A DNA stretch of 41,073 nucleotides from a virus (Duplodnaviria; Heunggongvirae; Uroviricota; Caudoviricetes), in IMG/VR virus record IMGVR_UViG_2537561979_000009, positions 1 through 41,073 of that record; one strand, 5' to 3'. Both the position numbers and the translations under genes were made by a program. Of this stretch, positions 29,620 through 38,144 are shown in pieces. The notes under the pieces are model-generated. The model saw nothing but the letters and a program-made list of their open reading frames with translations. It made no database searches and was not told the origin of the DNA. Numbering within the stretch: the stretch's first letter is position 1; each line of letters opens with the position of its first letter.

Positions 29620-30269
29620 GCCGCCATCTCCCTGACCAGTTTTTCCGCCTGCTGGCGAACCTGCGCCAGAAACGCCTCACCACATGCCTCAAGTTCATCA
29701 CGCCCGATGTAGCTGATTGCCGGTCCCTTCCAGGTCTTGTCGAAAACAGCAATAGCACCAGCGAAGAAAGCGCCTGTCGGCACCTGCTTCTCGTCCTTCG
29801 GTATAAACCAGGCAGGCAGTTCAAAACCAATACGCCCGCGAATAAAAGCAATATGATCTGCATCTTCCGGCCACCACACTTCGCTGGTGGCCGCTTTGAT
29901 CAGGAAAACATAGCGCCCGCCCTTATCACGCATGGCACTGGCATGTTTCATGATGTAACGCATGCCGGTGATGTATTGCCCCTCATGCTGACTGGCGCGG
30001 CTGTATGGAGGATTACCAAAGGCAGCACCTTTAAGCTCCGCAAGGCGTTCTGACCAGTCACGCGCCAGCGCGTTGTCTTCTGCCGTGTAATACGCGGCAC
30101 ATTTGGCGTTATCACCGTCAGTGAACAGATCCAGAACAAACGGGCCAAACAGGGTGTTAATTCCCCAGAAAATGTTGTCCGGCGTGCGCCACTGATCACC
30201 CACTTCCTTCAGTTCATGGGCTGGTTTGTTCCGCAGTTCCACCAGCTCCTGGCAATATTTATTACTCAT
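29616..30269 (-). CDS. Phage DNA N6-adenine methyltransferase (Dam-like)
   Basis: GNPPYS catalytic motif; start taken at MSNKYCQ (30269), abutting the upstream gene stop, rather than the ORF start at 30302. Confidence 0.7.
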   Translation of the reverse strand: MSNKYCQELVELRNKPAHELKEVGDQWRTPDNIFWGINTLFGPFVLDLFTDGDNAKCAAYYTAEDNALARDWSERLAELKGAAFGNPPYSRASQHEGQYITGMRYIMKHASAMRDKGGRYVFLIKAATSEVWWPEDADHIAFIRGRIGFELPAWFIPKDEKQVPTGAFFAGAIAVFDKTWKGPAISYIGRDELEACGEAFLAQVRQQAEKLVREMAA

Positions 30270-30763
30270 TAAGCCCCCACGTAATTCCTTGACAGATACC
30301 ACTCATCACCCGATACAGCTCGCTTGCTGCTTTTCCGTAAGCACTGCTCACGACGCGCCAGAAAATTGTTTCGTTCTGGCTGGGAGTGGCTTTCTCGGAA
30401 TGCCGCCATCCACACCGTTGCAGCACGACGGTATAAACCCCTGGACTCCAGCTCTTCAGCCTGGCGGGTCAGGCACAAAATCACCCGGGGATCGTTAGTG
30501 CCGACATAGAAATTGCGCACAGGTTTGGTTTCACGAACTGGTTGTGGTTCCGGCTCCTGCGCTCTCTCAGTCAGGCGTGGGAAATGTCTGCGTGTATCTC
30601 CTTCACAACGGTGAGCCACACGCCCACTCTGACGTAACTTGCTTGCTGACTGCAGAACGCGCTGCCGTGAGTAACCTGCAAAAGCATCCGCAATGTCTCC
30701 GGAAGTACACCCCGGATGGGCTTCAATGAATTTCTGAACTTCATTCAAAAGACTCATGATCAC
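30269..30763 (-). CDS. Putative PerC-family transcriptional regulator, 164 aa
   Basis: Motif ...LESRGLYRRAATVWMAAF... is reminiscent of PerC/Pch proteins; start overlaps the O-like gene stop. Tentative. Confidence 0.35.
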   Translation of the reverse strand: MIMSLLNEVQKFIEAHPGCTSGDIADAFAGYSRQRVLQSASKLRQSGRVAHRCEGDTRRHFPRLTERAQEPEPQPVRETKPVRNFYVGTNDPRVILCLTRQAEELESRGLYRRAATVWMAAFRESHSQPERNNFLARREQCLRKSSKRAVSGDEWYLSRNYVGA

Positions 30764-31578
30764 CCCCTGAATCCTGCCGGGATCTGGCTGTAGTCCACGT
30801 TGTCGTAACTGGCTTTGAAGTACGGGTCCTCACGTCTGGCTGCAGATACCGCAGGAACTTCCCAGGGTTCTTCGAAATGACGATCCGGACCAAAGAACGT
30901 GACAGCCTGTTTCACAAATTGTGTGCCGCTGTTACCCATCGCAGATACCCAGCCCGCGTAGCGTTTCACACCTTCCAGCATGGTTTCGGGGTTTACCCCC
31001 TCATTCAAACGGGCTTTCCAGGCTTTGAAGGCTGCAGATTTTGAATTGCCACCAGCACGTTTGGGATATGCCAGCCATGCCTGCTCAAACTCCGGAGAGT
31101 ATTCCGGTCGGTTTGAACGAACTCGCACAGACTCATCAGCAGATGCACCAACAGCTATTGGTTCATTGACTGGTTCTTTGACTGGTTCAAAAGAGTGACT
31201 GGTTCTGGGTGAATCTCCTGCACTACCCCCTGGTGCAACTCCTGCACTACATGGTGAATTTGCTGCACCAGATAGTGAATTATTTGCACTACCCCCTAGT
31301 GAATCTCCTGCACCATCCAGATGAAGGAGATAGATATTACTTGAGTTACCTTTTTCACCTTTCCGGGTGACTTTTTTTACCAGCCCGGACTCACAAAGGG
31401 CCGCAATATGATTCATCACAGAACGTTTGCTAATCTCGCACTGGTCAGCAATATGCTGGTAGCTGGGCCAGCACTCACCCTGATCGCTGGCATTATCAGC
31501 CAGCTTGATCAGAACCAGTTTTCGCAATGGATTACCCACTCGAATTTTCATCGCTTTAACCATCAGCTCCATACTCAT
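30760..31578 (-). CDS. Replication initiation protein (lambda O analogue) with internal iterons
   Basis: N-terminal winged-helix region (LRKLVLIKLADNASDQGECWPSYQHIADQCEISKRSVMNHIAALCESGLV), Gly/Ser/Ala linker encoded by iteron DNA; early-right operon position. Confidence 0.6.
   Translation of the reverse strand: MSMELMVKAMKIRVGNPLRKLVLIKLADNASDQGECWPSYQHIADQCEISKRSVMNHIAALCESGLVKKVTRKGEKGNSSNIYLLHLDGAGDSLGGSANNSLSGAANSPCSAGVAPGGSAGDSPRTSHSFEPVKEPVNEPIAVGASADESVRVRSNRPEYSPEFEQAWLAYPKRAGGNSKSAAFKAWKARLNEGVNPETMLEGVKRYAGWVSAMGNSGTQFVKQAVTFFGPDRHFEEPWEVPAVSAARREDPYFKASYDNVDYSQIPAGFRG
31209..31313. repeat. Five phased iterons GTGAATnnnnTGCAC (one variant), candidate replication origin
   Basis: Copies begin near 31209, 31233, 31254, 31275 and 31299 (spacing 24/21/21/24 bp); additional TGACTGGTTC x3 at about 31166-31205. 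Confidence 0.65.
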
Positions 31579-31799
31579 GCTGCACCTCCGAGATGCTTCA
31601 TGTTTTTTCCGGAGCGAAAGGCTATAAGCGGCATACTGATGCGGTAATTACGGCCCAGCGGTTCACAAATCACCTTCTGACATTCACGGTCAACCAGGCT
31701 AACACGTAGAACATGCCCTGCAGGCGTGGTGTACCACTGACCCGGACGAGGACAACGGAAAGTCTGATTGGTAAAACGTTTGAAAATATTCCGGATCAT
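31575..31799 (-). CDS. Hypothetical small protein, 74 aa
   Basis: Start overlaps the Rha stop and its stop overlaps the O-like start. Confidence 0.4.
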   Translation of the reverse strand: MIRNIFKRFTNQTFRCPRPGQWYTTPAGHVLRVSLVDRECQKVICEPLGRNYRISMPLIAFRSGKNMKHLGGAA

Positions 31800-32959
31800 T
31801 TGCGCCCCCTTACCTCTGAAGGGTTCAGCGACAAATTTATGAGGCAGGCCAGTGCCGAAGCATCATTAATATAGTCATATAAGCTAACAGCCAGCGGAGA
31901 TTCGGCTTTTGCCAACATAGGATAAAGCTGCTGCAGCCAGACCTGATGAATTGATGAAATGTAGGAACAGAGAACGCTGGCGTTATGTGCAACGTCGCTC
32001 GGTACAGCGGGCTTTGAAAGCTGTTTCTCCATCTGGTTAAAGGCATTGATGTATGCCTCTTTGAACTGGGCAGCACGTTTCCCCGTGAAACCCATAGCAA
32101 GAAACGCAAAGCCGTCGCGGGTTATTTGATAGCAAGGAAGTTTGCGAGTACCGCCGTTGGGCTGGCGTACCAAAATTGATGTCTCCGCAAAATTGCGGGC
32201 ACAAAACTCTGGAGAACAATCCAAAATGCGGATCTTTTTCAGAACATCGTCATGACGTTTAGAGAAGAAGTCAGCAACAGCCAAAGAAGATGTAACAGCC
32301 TGACCATCAACGATGGCAATTTCAGGTTGAGAGAGGGTTGGGAGAGTAGTCATGGTGACAGCCCCGGTAGTCAGTTTTTTAGAAAACTCACCACATGGGA
32401 CGCCAATCACAGAGGTGGTGAGACGTACAGGGTTGGCGTTACCGGAGACTACCGAACCCGGCCCGACCGAAGTCGGCCCTGTACGCCCCACCATAATTTG
32501 GGCGTAGCAATGCTCATGACACGAAAAAACCGCATGAGCGCGGTTATGCTCAGTAATCAATTTCAGGACGCCAATCCCGGCACCCGTTTTATAAGGTGCC
32601 TGAACAGTGTAACGTCCCGGAATGGCAGAATCAATGTGCTGGTGGTCCTTCACACTCAACAAAATCACGCCTGAATTTCCACAAAGGACTAAAGCACTCA
32701 TGCGGGTAGTCTTTGCGAAAATAGATAACGCGCTGTGTTTCTGGTTCCCAACGAATAACATGAACATAAAGTCCTCTTCCGTCACGAAACCAGCGGTTAA
32801 GTTCCTGCACAACTCGCCCCCCACAGTCAGGTAAAGTTCTCTGTGGTTACTTACAGCCAGGTGATTTGGTAATCTGCATTCATGCCGTAACAACAGGTGT
32901 TCAGCCACGCGGACCACCAGCTGTTGCGACCAACGGTTATTTGCCGTTAAACTGTTCAT
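31796..32959 (-). CDS. Rha family phage regulatory protein; Rha domain in the C-terminal 185 aa, N-terminal 202 codons of uncertain reality
   Basis: MTTLPTLSQPEIAIVDGQAVTSSLAVADFFSKRHDDVLKKIRILDCSPEFCARNF...MGFTG matches the Phage_pRha pattern and begins at an internal Met near 32353; the ORF stays open to 32959. Confidence 0.6.
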   Translation of the reverse strand: MNSLTANNRWSQQLVVRVAEHLLLRHECRLPNHLAVSNHRELYLTVGGELCRNLTAGFVTEEDFMFMLFVGNQKHSALSIFAKTTRMSALVLCGNSGVILLSVKDHQHIDSAIPGRYTVQAPYKTGAGIGVLKLITEHNRAHAVFSCHEHCYAQIMVGRTGPTSVGPGSVVSGNANPVRLTTSVIGVPCGEFSKKLTTGAVTMTTLPTLSQPEIAIVDGQAVTSSLAVADFFSKRHDDVLKKIRILDCSPEFCARNFAETSILVRQPNGGTRKLPCYQITRDGFAFLAMGFTGKRAAQFKEAYINAFNQMEKQLSKPAVPSDVAHNASVLCSYISSIHQVWLQQLYPMLAKAESPLAVSLYDYINDASALACLINLSLNPSEVRGRK

Positions 32960-33507
32960 GCGTTAGTTTCTCCACAGACACAAAACGCCACGACGCCCGG
33001 AGCTGCACACTCGCGGGCGTCACTCTTTTCTGGAACGCAGAAAATTTTGTAGACCAGTGCCGCATGTTCCTGGAGCTTCGAAATCGACAGATACAACTCA
33101 TCATTAATTGCTGTCTGCTCATGTGGCTCCACTACCCCGTCTTCGATTGCCGAACGAATCTGCTTTGAGTAACTCCCGATCTGTTCAATAACTTCCAGTA
33201 GACGTTGGTTGATATCAGCGTTCTCTACTTCCTCAATTTCTGGAAGTGATACAAACACCCCACCAGCAGACTGTGCGACAGCATCCGCAATGTAGTGAGT
33301 GCCAGCAGCACGCTGTAAAATCATTGCCCATCCCAGCGGGAAAATCTGATCGCCATCTGCACGAAGGCGGTTGAATAAAGCGTTCTCTGTTACATCCAGC
33401 CACTCAGCAGCTTCAGCGTAGCCCCCCGGCAACGCCGCGATAGTTTTTCTGACAGCTTTCACGTACCACTCAGGCTGTTTTTCCACTTTCCAGTGATGAT
33501 TACCCAC
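32956..33507 (-). CDS. Putative CII-like regulatory protein, 183 aa, GTG start
   Basis: Second gene of the rightward operon after cro; start overlaps cro stop; family guessed by position. Confidence 0.35.
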   Translation of the reverse strand: MGNHHWKVEKQPEWYVKAVRKTIAALPGGYAEAAEWLDVTENALFNRLRADGDQIFPLGWAMILQRAAGTHYIADAVAQSAGGVFVSLPEIEEVENADINQRLLEVIEQIGSYSKQIRSAIEDGVVEPHEQTAINDELYLSISKLQEHAALVYKIFCVPEKSDARECAAPGVVAFCVCGETNA

Positions 33508-33760
33508 AGCTTACCTCCTGTTCCTGTGGTTTAAACCCATTCTGATTTTGGCTAGATTGAAAACGTGCCGGATAAAGAATCTGCATTTCGCTGATTTCAC
33601 CCTTAAAAAAATTGGCCAGACGTTCTGCAAGATCGATAGATGGAATTTGTTCCAATCTTTCAATACGACTCAGCGTCGCTGGATTGACCTGAACGCCAGC
33701 AGCAACATGCTGCAAAGTAAATCCGTGCGCCTTACGCACATTCCGTAATGGTGATTGCAT
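33500..33760 (-). CDS. cro: Cro-like repressor (XRE-type HTH)
   Basis: 86 aa, first gene divergent from cI, HTH ...QHVAAGVQVNPATLSRIERL...; coordinates from the ORF track. Confidence 0.75.
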   Translation of the reverse strand: MQSPLRNVRKAHGFTLQHVAAGVQVNPATLSRIERLEQIPSIDLAERLANFFKGEISEMQILYPARFQSSQNQNGFKPQEQEVSCG

Positions 33761-33857
33761 ATGACCTCCACATATTGCGTGATGAGCATATTATTTCACG
33801 CAAATATTTTGCGCAAGTTGATTTGCTTAACGCGCAATAAAGAAATGTAATAAACGC
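33761..33857. promoter_or_regulatory. OR region: divergent cI/cro promoters with operator-like dyads (TTGC-N7-GCAA class)
   Basis: TTGCTTAACGCGCAA at about 33823-33837, palindromic TTGCGCAA at about 33809-33816, inverted TTGCGTGA...TCACGCAA. Confidence 0.55.
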
Positions 33858-34550
33858 ATGAACATAGGAAACCGAGTCAGACAACTTCGCCAGGCGAAGA
33901 ACATGAAAATCGCCGATCTCGCTGAAGCAATAGGAGTGGATGCGGCGAATATCTCACGCCTGGAAACAGGTAAGCAGAAACAATTCACTGAACAAGCCCT
34001 GAGTAATATTGCCAGGAGCTTAGGTGTTGATATTGCTGATCTCTTTACCTCAGACTTCAAAAGTAATACTGTATGTAAAAACAGTATTAGTGAGGATGTT
34101 GCGCAGGTGAAGGATGTATTCCGTATTGAAATGCTGGATGTCAGTGCCAGTGCGGGAAATGGCCTTATCCAGGGCGGTGATGTCATTGATGTGATTCATG
34201 CCATTGAATACAGAACTGATAATGCTGTATCGATGTTTGGCGGACGGCCAGCCAATCACATTAAAGTTATCAACGTTCGTGGGGACAGTATGTGTCCAAC
34301 CATTGAACCAGGAGATCTCATCTTCGTTGATGTCAGTATCAATCAGTTTGATGGAGATGGTATCTATGTATTTGGTTTTGATGATAAAATTTATGTCAAA
34401 CGACTGCAAATGATACCTGACAAACTACTGGTGATTTCTGATAACCAGATTTACCGTGAATGGGGAATTACCAGCGAAAATGAACACCGGTTTATGGTCT
34501 TTGGAAAGGTCTTAATCAGCCAGTCACAAACCCTTAAGCGACACAATTAA
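33858..34550 (+). CDS. cI: CI repressor: N-terminal HTH plus C-terminal S24 (LexA-like) autoproteolytic domain
   Basis: 230 aa; HTH (MKIADLAEAIGVDAANISRLETGKQ), C-terminal GDSM serine and KR lysine motifs. Confidence 0.85.
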   Translation: MNIGNRVRQLRQAKNMKIADLAEAIGVDAANISRLETGKQKQFTEQALSNIARSLGVDIADLFTSDFKSNTVCKNSISEDVAQVKDVFRIEMLDVSASAGNGLIQGGDVIDVIHAIEYRTDNAVSMFGGRPANHIKVINVRGDSMCPTIEPGDLIFVDVSINQFDGDGIYVFGFDDKIYVKRLQMIPDKLLVISDNQIYREWGITSENEHRFMVFGKVLISQSQTLKRHN

Positions 34551-34570
34551 CCCTTACCTCCTCATCAATT

Positions 34571-34595
34571 AGCCACCCGAAGGTGGCTTTTCATT
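34571..34595 (+). terminator. Terminator candidate after cI (AGCCACC-CGAA-GGTGGCT then TTTTCATT)
   Basis: 7-bp perfect stem with tetraloop, 20 nt after the cI stop; short U-tract. Confidence 0.5.
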
Positions 34596-34605
34596 ACCCA
34601 TTAAA

Positions 34606-34658
34606 TTGCATATCTCGCAACAAAAACACTTGCACAATGCGCAACTTCATTTTATCTT
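34606..34658 (+). promoter_or_regulatory. OL/pL candidate: two 15-bp operator-like sites with possible -35 TTGCAC and -10 TATCTT
   Basis: TTGCATATCTCGCAA at about 34606-34620 and TTGCACAATGCGCAA at about 34630-34644, same TTGC-N7-GCAA pattern as OR, 24 bp apart. Confidence 0.45.
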
Positions 34659-35070
34659 TCTTTCCAGACCAACAAACAAGGTACTAACAAAATTTGGTTG
34701 TAACACGGCGTATGGCACATGCGTCGTTAGCGGTCTGGGGACGTTAAAGGGGACAATCCACTCCTTGCTCGGGCAAACAAACCAGGTAACCGGAATGTGC
34801 AAGTCAATGATGATGCTGATAAGACGCCTAACCAGCGTGGCGATTCGGTTTGACGCCTGGGAAGAGACCAGGGTGCAACGATGAGGGCATTTATGGAACC
34901 GCGACAAAGTGTGGTGCCGTAACTGGCTAAGTGCTCTCAGCGTTGTGGTAATCCGCGAAATGGCGCGGCGGTAAGTATAGCGGGGTTACTCTTTCCCCGT
35001 TGAGGACACCGGATTGTCAGGTTGACCATACGCCTGAGTGACAACCCCACCACAACAGCCACTGCTTTGG

Positions 35071-35202
35071 CGGTACCAGTTTGTACCCTTGCTTCCGGCT
35101 GGTACCGTCCTTTTTACAAAACAGAGAAGAGCATCACCGGACGACGGGCTCATAACCCAATCCACCCGGGCGGCTGCCACCGCAGGTGTTCTTCTCTGTT
35201 TT
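35071..35202 (+). ncRNA. Structured RNA element in the early-left leader (nested long stems); function unknown
   Basis: CGGTACCAG...CTGGTACCG (9 bp, about 35071-35107) then TCCTTTTT; AAAACAGAGAAGA (35118-35130) pairs with TCTTCTCTGTTTT (35190-35202) around GC-rich internal hairpins. Confidence 0.4.
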
Positions 35203-35252
35203 GTGGAGAAACCAACCGGCCTTGCAGGGTCGATATGATGAGGAGCAGCAAA

Positions 35253-35615
35253 ATGGCTAGCGAACGCAGTACTGATGTGCAGGCATTTATCGGGGAGCTG
35301 GACGGCGGCGTATTTGAAGCCAAATACGGCGCAGTTCTCAGTGAAGTCGCTTCCGGTGCGATGAACACGAAGAACAAAGGTAAGGTCTCGCTCAACCTGG
35401 AAATCGAACCATTTGATGAGAACCGTGTGAAAATCAAACATAAACTCTCATATGTTCGCCCGACTAACCGCGGGAAAATTTCCGAAGAAGACACCACCGA
35501 AACGCTGATGTATGTCAATCGCGGTGGTCGCCTGACTATTCTGCAGGAAGACCAGGGACAATTACTGACTCTTGCCGGTGAACCTGACGGAAAACTTCGC
35601 GCAGCAGGTCATTAA
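35253..35615 (+). CDS. Early-left accessory protein, 120 aa (YfdP-like by size and position)
   Basis: GAGGAG Shine-Dalgarno 8 nt before ATG at 35253; upstream part of the 197-aa ORF is rejected as leader. Confidence 0.5.
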   Translation: MASERSTDVQAFIGELDGGVFEAKYGAVLSEVASGAMNTKNKGKVSLNLEIEPFDENRVKIKHKLSYVRPTNRGKISEEDTTETLMYVNRGGRLTILQEDQGQLLTLAGEPDGKLRAAGH

Positions 35616-35681
35616 TATCGTTCTTAATTAACCGATTATTTATCTCATCACTGAATTATCTTTATATAGTGAGGACTTATT

Positions 35682-36506
35682 ATGTCTCAGAACTTAGACG
35701 CAACCGCAATTGATCAAATCCATGCCCTTATTTCTGCTCAGGGGGTTAATGAAATTATCAGTAAGATTGGTGCCGATGCTGTGGCATTGCCTGAGAATTT
35801 CCGCATTCATGATCTGGAAAAATTTAATTTAAATCGCTTCCGTTTCCGTGGTGCGCTTTCCACTGCCAGCATCGATGACTTTACCCGTTATTCTAAAGAT
35901 CTTGCAGATGAAGGCACCCGCTGCTTTATCGATGCCGATAATATGCGAGCCGTCAGTGTGCTTAACCTGGGTACTATTGATGAACCAGGTCACGCAGATA
36001 ACACCGCCACTCTCAAACTGAAAAAGACAGCACCGTTCTCTGCCCTGTTGTCTGTTAACGGCGAGCGTAACTCCCAGAAATCACTGGCAGAATGGATTGA
36101 AGACTGGGCCGACTACCTTGTGGGCTTTGATGCTAATGGTGACGCCATTCAGGCAACAAAAGCTGCTGCGGCAGTCCGTAAAATCACGATTGAAGCAAAC
36201 CAGACCGCTGATTTTGAAGATAATGACTTCAGCGGTAAACGCTCCCTGATGGAATCTGTCGAAGCGAAGACCAAAGACATTATGCCAGTGGCATTTGAAT
36301 TTAAATGCGTTCCGTTTGAAGGTCTGAAAGAACGTCCGTTTAAATTACGCCTCAGCATTATCACTGGCGATCGTCCTGTACTGGTTCTGCGCATTATTCA
36401 GCTGGAAGCGGTGCAGGAAGATATGGCTAACGAATTTCGTGATCTGCTTGTTGAGAAATTCAAAGACAGCAAAGTAGAAACCTTTATTGGTACTTTCACC
36501 GCCTGA
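35682..36506 (+). CDS. Early-left accessory protein, 274 aa (YfdQ-like, DUF2303-type)
   Basis: Length and position match the CPS-53 yfdQ arrangement as I recall it; unverified. Confidence 0.5.
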   Translation: MSQNLDATAIDQIHALISAQGVNEIISKIGADAVALPENFRIHDLEKFNLNRFRFRGALSTASIDDFTRYSKDLADEGTRCFIDADNMRAVSVLNLGTIDEPGHADNTATLKLKKTAPFSALLSVNGERNSQKSLAEWIEDWADYLVGFDANGDAIQATKAAAAVRKITIEANQTADFEDNDFSGKRSLMESVEAKTKDIMPVAFEFKCVPFEGLKERPFKLRLSIITGDRPVLVLRIIQLEAVQEDMANEFRDLLVEKFKDSKVETFIGTFTA

Positions 36507-36634
36507 TTTCATTACTGCAAATGCCCCTTCGGGGGCATTTATGGAAACGTAATTAACTCAATAATCGCCGGATGGTGAGGGCTTCCTTTTACCCGAATTC
36601 AGCGCGGTGCAGCGCATATAACGTGGAGAACAAA

Positions 36635-37171
36635 ATGTCATTTATTAAAACTTTTTCCGGGAAGCATTTTTATTATGACAGGATAAATAAAGACAACATC
36701 GATATTAACGATATCGCGGTTTCCCTTTCAAATATCTGTCGCTTTGCCGGTCATCTTTCACACTTCTACAGCGTCGCCCAACATGCGGTGCTTTGCAGCC
36801 AGCTGGTGCCGCAGGAATTTGCTTTTGAAGCGTTAATGCATGATGCAACAGAAGCGTATTGCCAGGACATCCCCGCGCCACTGAAACGCCTTCTTCCTGA
36901 CTATAAACGGATGGAAGAAAAAATAGACGCCGTAATCCGTGAGAAATACGGGTTACCTCCTGTTATGAGCACGCCAGTGAAATATGCCGATCTCATTATG
37001 CTGGCAACCGAACGCCGCGATCTCGGACTTGATGATGGCTCTTTCTGGCCTGTATTGGAAGGTATCCCGGCAACAGAGATGTTCAAAGTTATTCCACTGT
37101 CGCCAGGTCATGCCTACGGGATGTTTATGGAACGTTTTAACGAGTTATCGGAGTTACGCAAATGCGCATGA
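36635..37171 (+). CDS. HD-domain phosphohydrolase (YfdR-like 5'-deoxynucleotidase family)
   Basis: H...HD motif region (FAGHLSHFYSVAQHAV...LMHDATEAY); start at MSFIKTF with GGAGAA Shine-Dalgarno rather than the ORF start at 36572. Confidence 0.6.
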   Translation: MSFIKTFSGKHFYYDRINKDNIDINDIAVSLSNICRFAGHLSHFYSVAQHAVLCSQLVPQEFAFEALMHDATEAYCQDIPAPLKRLLPDYKRMEEKIDAVIREKYGLPPVMSTPVKYADLIMLATERRDLGLDDGSFWPVLEGIPATEMFKVIPLSPGHAYGMFMERFNELSELRKCA

Positions 37172-37524
37172 ATGTTTTCGAAATGGAAGGGTTTCTTCGC
37201 GGGAAATGTGTACCGCGAGATCTGAAAGTGAACGAAACAAATGCTGAGTACCTGGTACGTAAATTCGACGCGCTTGAAGCTAAATGTGCGGCACTGGAAA
37301 ACAAAATAATACCAGTGTCAGCTGAATTGCCACCTGCAAATGAAAGTGTTCTGTTATTTGATGCTAACGGAGAAGGCTGGCTGATTGGCTGGCGTTCTCT
37401 CTGGTACACCTGGGGACAAAAGGAAACCGGAGAATGGCAGTGGACATTTCAGGTCGGGGATCTTGAAAACGTCAATATCACTCACTGGGCAGTAATACCA
37501 AAGGCACCGGAGGCAGGGGCATAA
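37162..37524 (+). CDS. Hypothetical early-left protein, 120 aa
   Basis: Coupled to flanking genes by overlapping stop/start codons. Confidence 0.45.
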   Translation: MRMNVFEMEGFLRGKCVPRDLKVNETNAEYLVRKFDALEAKCAALENKIIPVSAELPPANESVLLFDANGEGWLIGWRSLWYTWGQKETGEWQWTFQVGDLENVNITHWAVIPKAPEAGA

Positions 37525-38144
37525 TGACCACATTTACCGACAAAGAACTGATTAAAGAAATCAAAGAGCGCATAGGCAGTCTGGATGTGCGAGACAATAT
37601 TGAGCGCCGTGCTTATGAAATTGCTTTGGTATCGCTGGAAGCAGAACCGGTGGCATGGCTGCATTCAGACAATGGCTTAGGTATTCCGGCAATAACACGG
37701 AGTAAAAACATTGCTGACAGCTGGTTATCAAAGGGCTGGTATGTTCAGCCGCTATATATAGCCAAGCCAGTGCCGGTGGTGCCAGATGTTCGTCCATCTT
37801 TAAATAATGGCATAGTCGGTTTTGATGAAGGCTGGAACGCCTGCCGCGCCGCCATGCTTCATAGTGCCGAACCTGTAAGCCAGACTTACAAGTTGAACGA
37901 GCTGTCGGGCAACTCTCCGGTAACTCCGGATGGTTGGATAAGCTGTAGTGAGCGAATGCCGAACGATAAACAGTATGTTTGGTGTTGGGGGAAGTCTTAC
38001 GGCTGGACTGAGTGCGATACCTTCGAAGGGTATTACGATTGGTCGAGAAACAAATGGTGGGCAATTACTGACGATGGGGAAAAACCGGCATCGAAAGTAA
38101 CCCACTGGATGCCGCTACCGGAACCGCCGCAGGAGGTGAAGTAA
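37524..38144 (+). CDS. DUF551-like protein, 206 aa
   Basis: C-terminal WISCSERMP...KVTHWMPLPEPP resembles DUF551. Confidence 0.45.
   Translation: MTTFTDKELIKEIKERIGSLDVRDNIERRAYEIALVSLEAEPVAWLHSDNGLGIPAITRSKNIADSWLSKGWYVQPLYIAKPVPVVPDVRPSLNNGIVGFDEGWNACRAAMLHSAEPVSQTYKLNELSGNSPVTPDGWISCSERMPNDKQYVWCWGKSYGWTECDTFEGYYDWSRNKWWAITDDGEKPASKVTHWMPLPEPPQEVK

Noticed and set aside
31209-31313. Possible CRISPR array
   Set aside because: Short 15-bp units with 6-9 bp gaps inside a replication-initiator gene; this is iteron geometry, not 28-37 bp repeats with 30-40 bp spacers.
32252-32834. Plus-strand ORFs of 140 and 70 aa
   Set aside because: Antisense to the Rha-frame ORF, no ribosome-binding site, low-complexity Arg/Asn-rich composition.
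34606-34884. 92-aa plus-strand ORF as a candidate N antiterminator
   Set aside because: Its start codon lies inside the operator, it lacks an arginine-rich N-terminal motif and has no Shine-Dalgarno; treated as leader sequence.
35022-35252. Upstream extension of the 197-aa ORF
   Set aside because: A strong GAGGAG Shine-Dalgarno precedes the internal ATG at 35253, and the upstream part overlaps strongly structured RNA.
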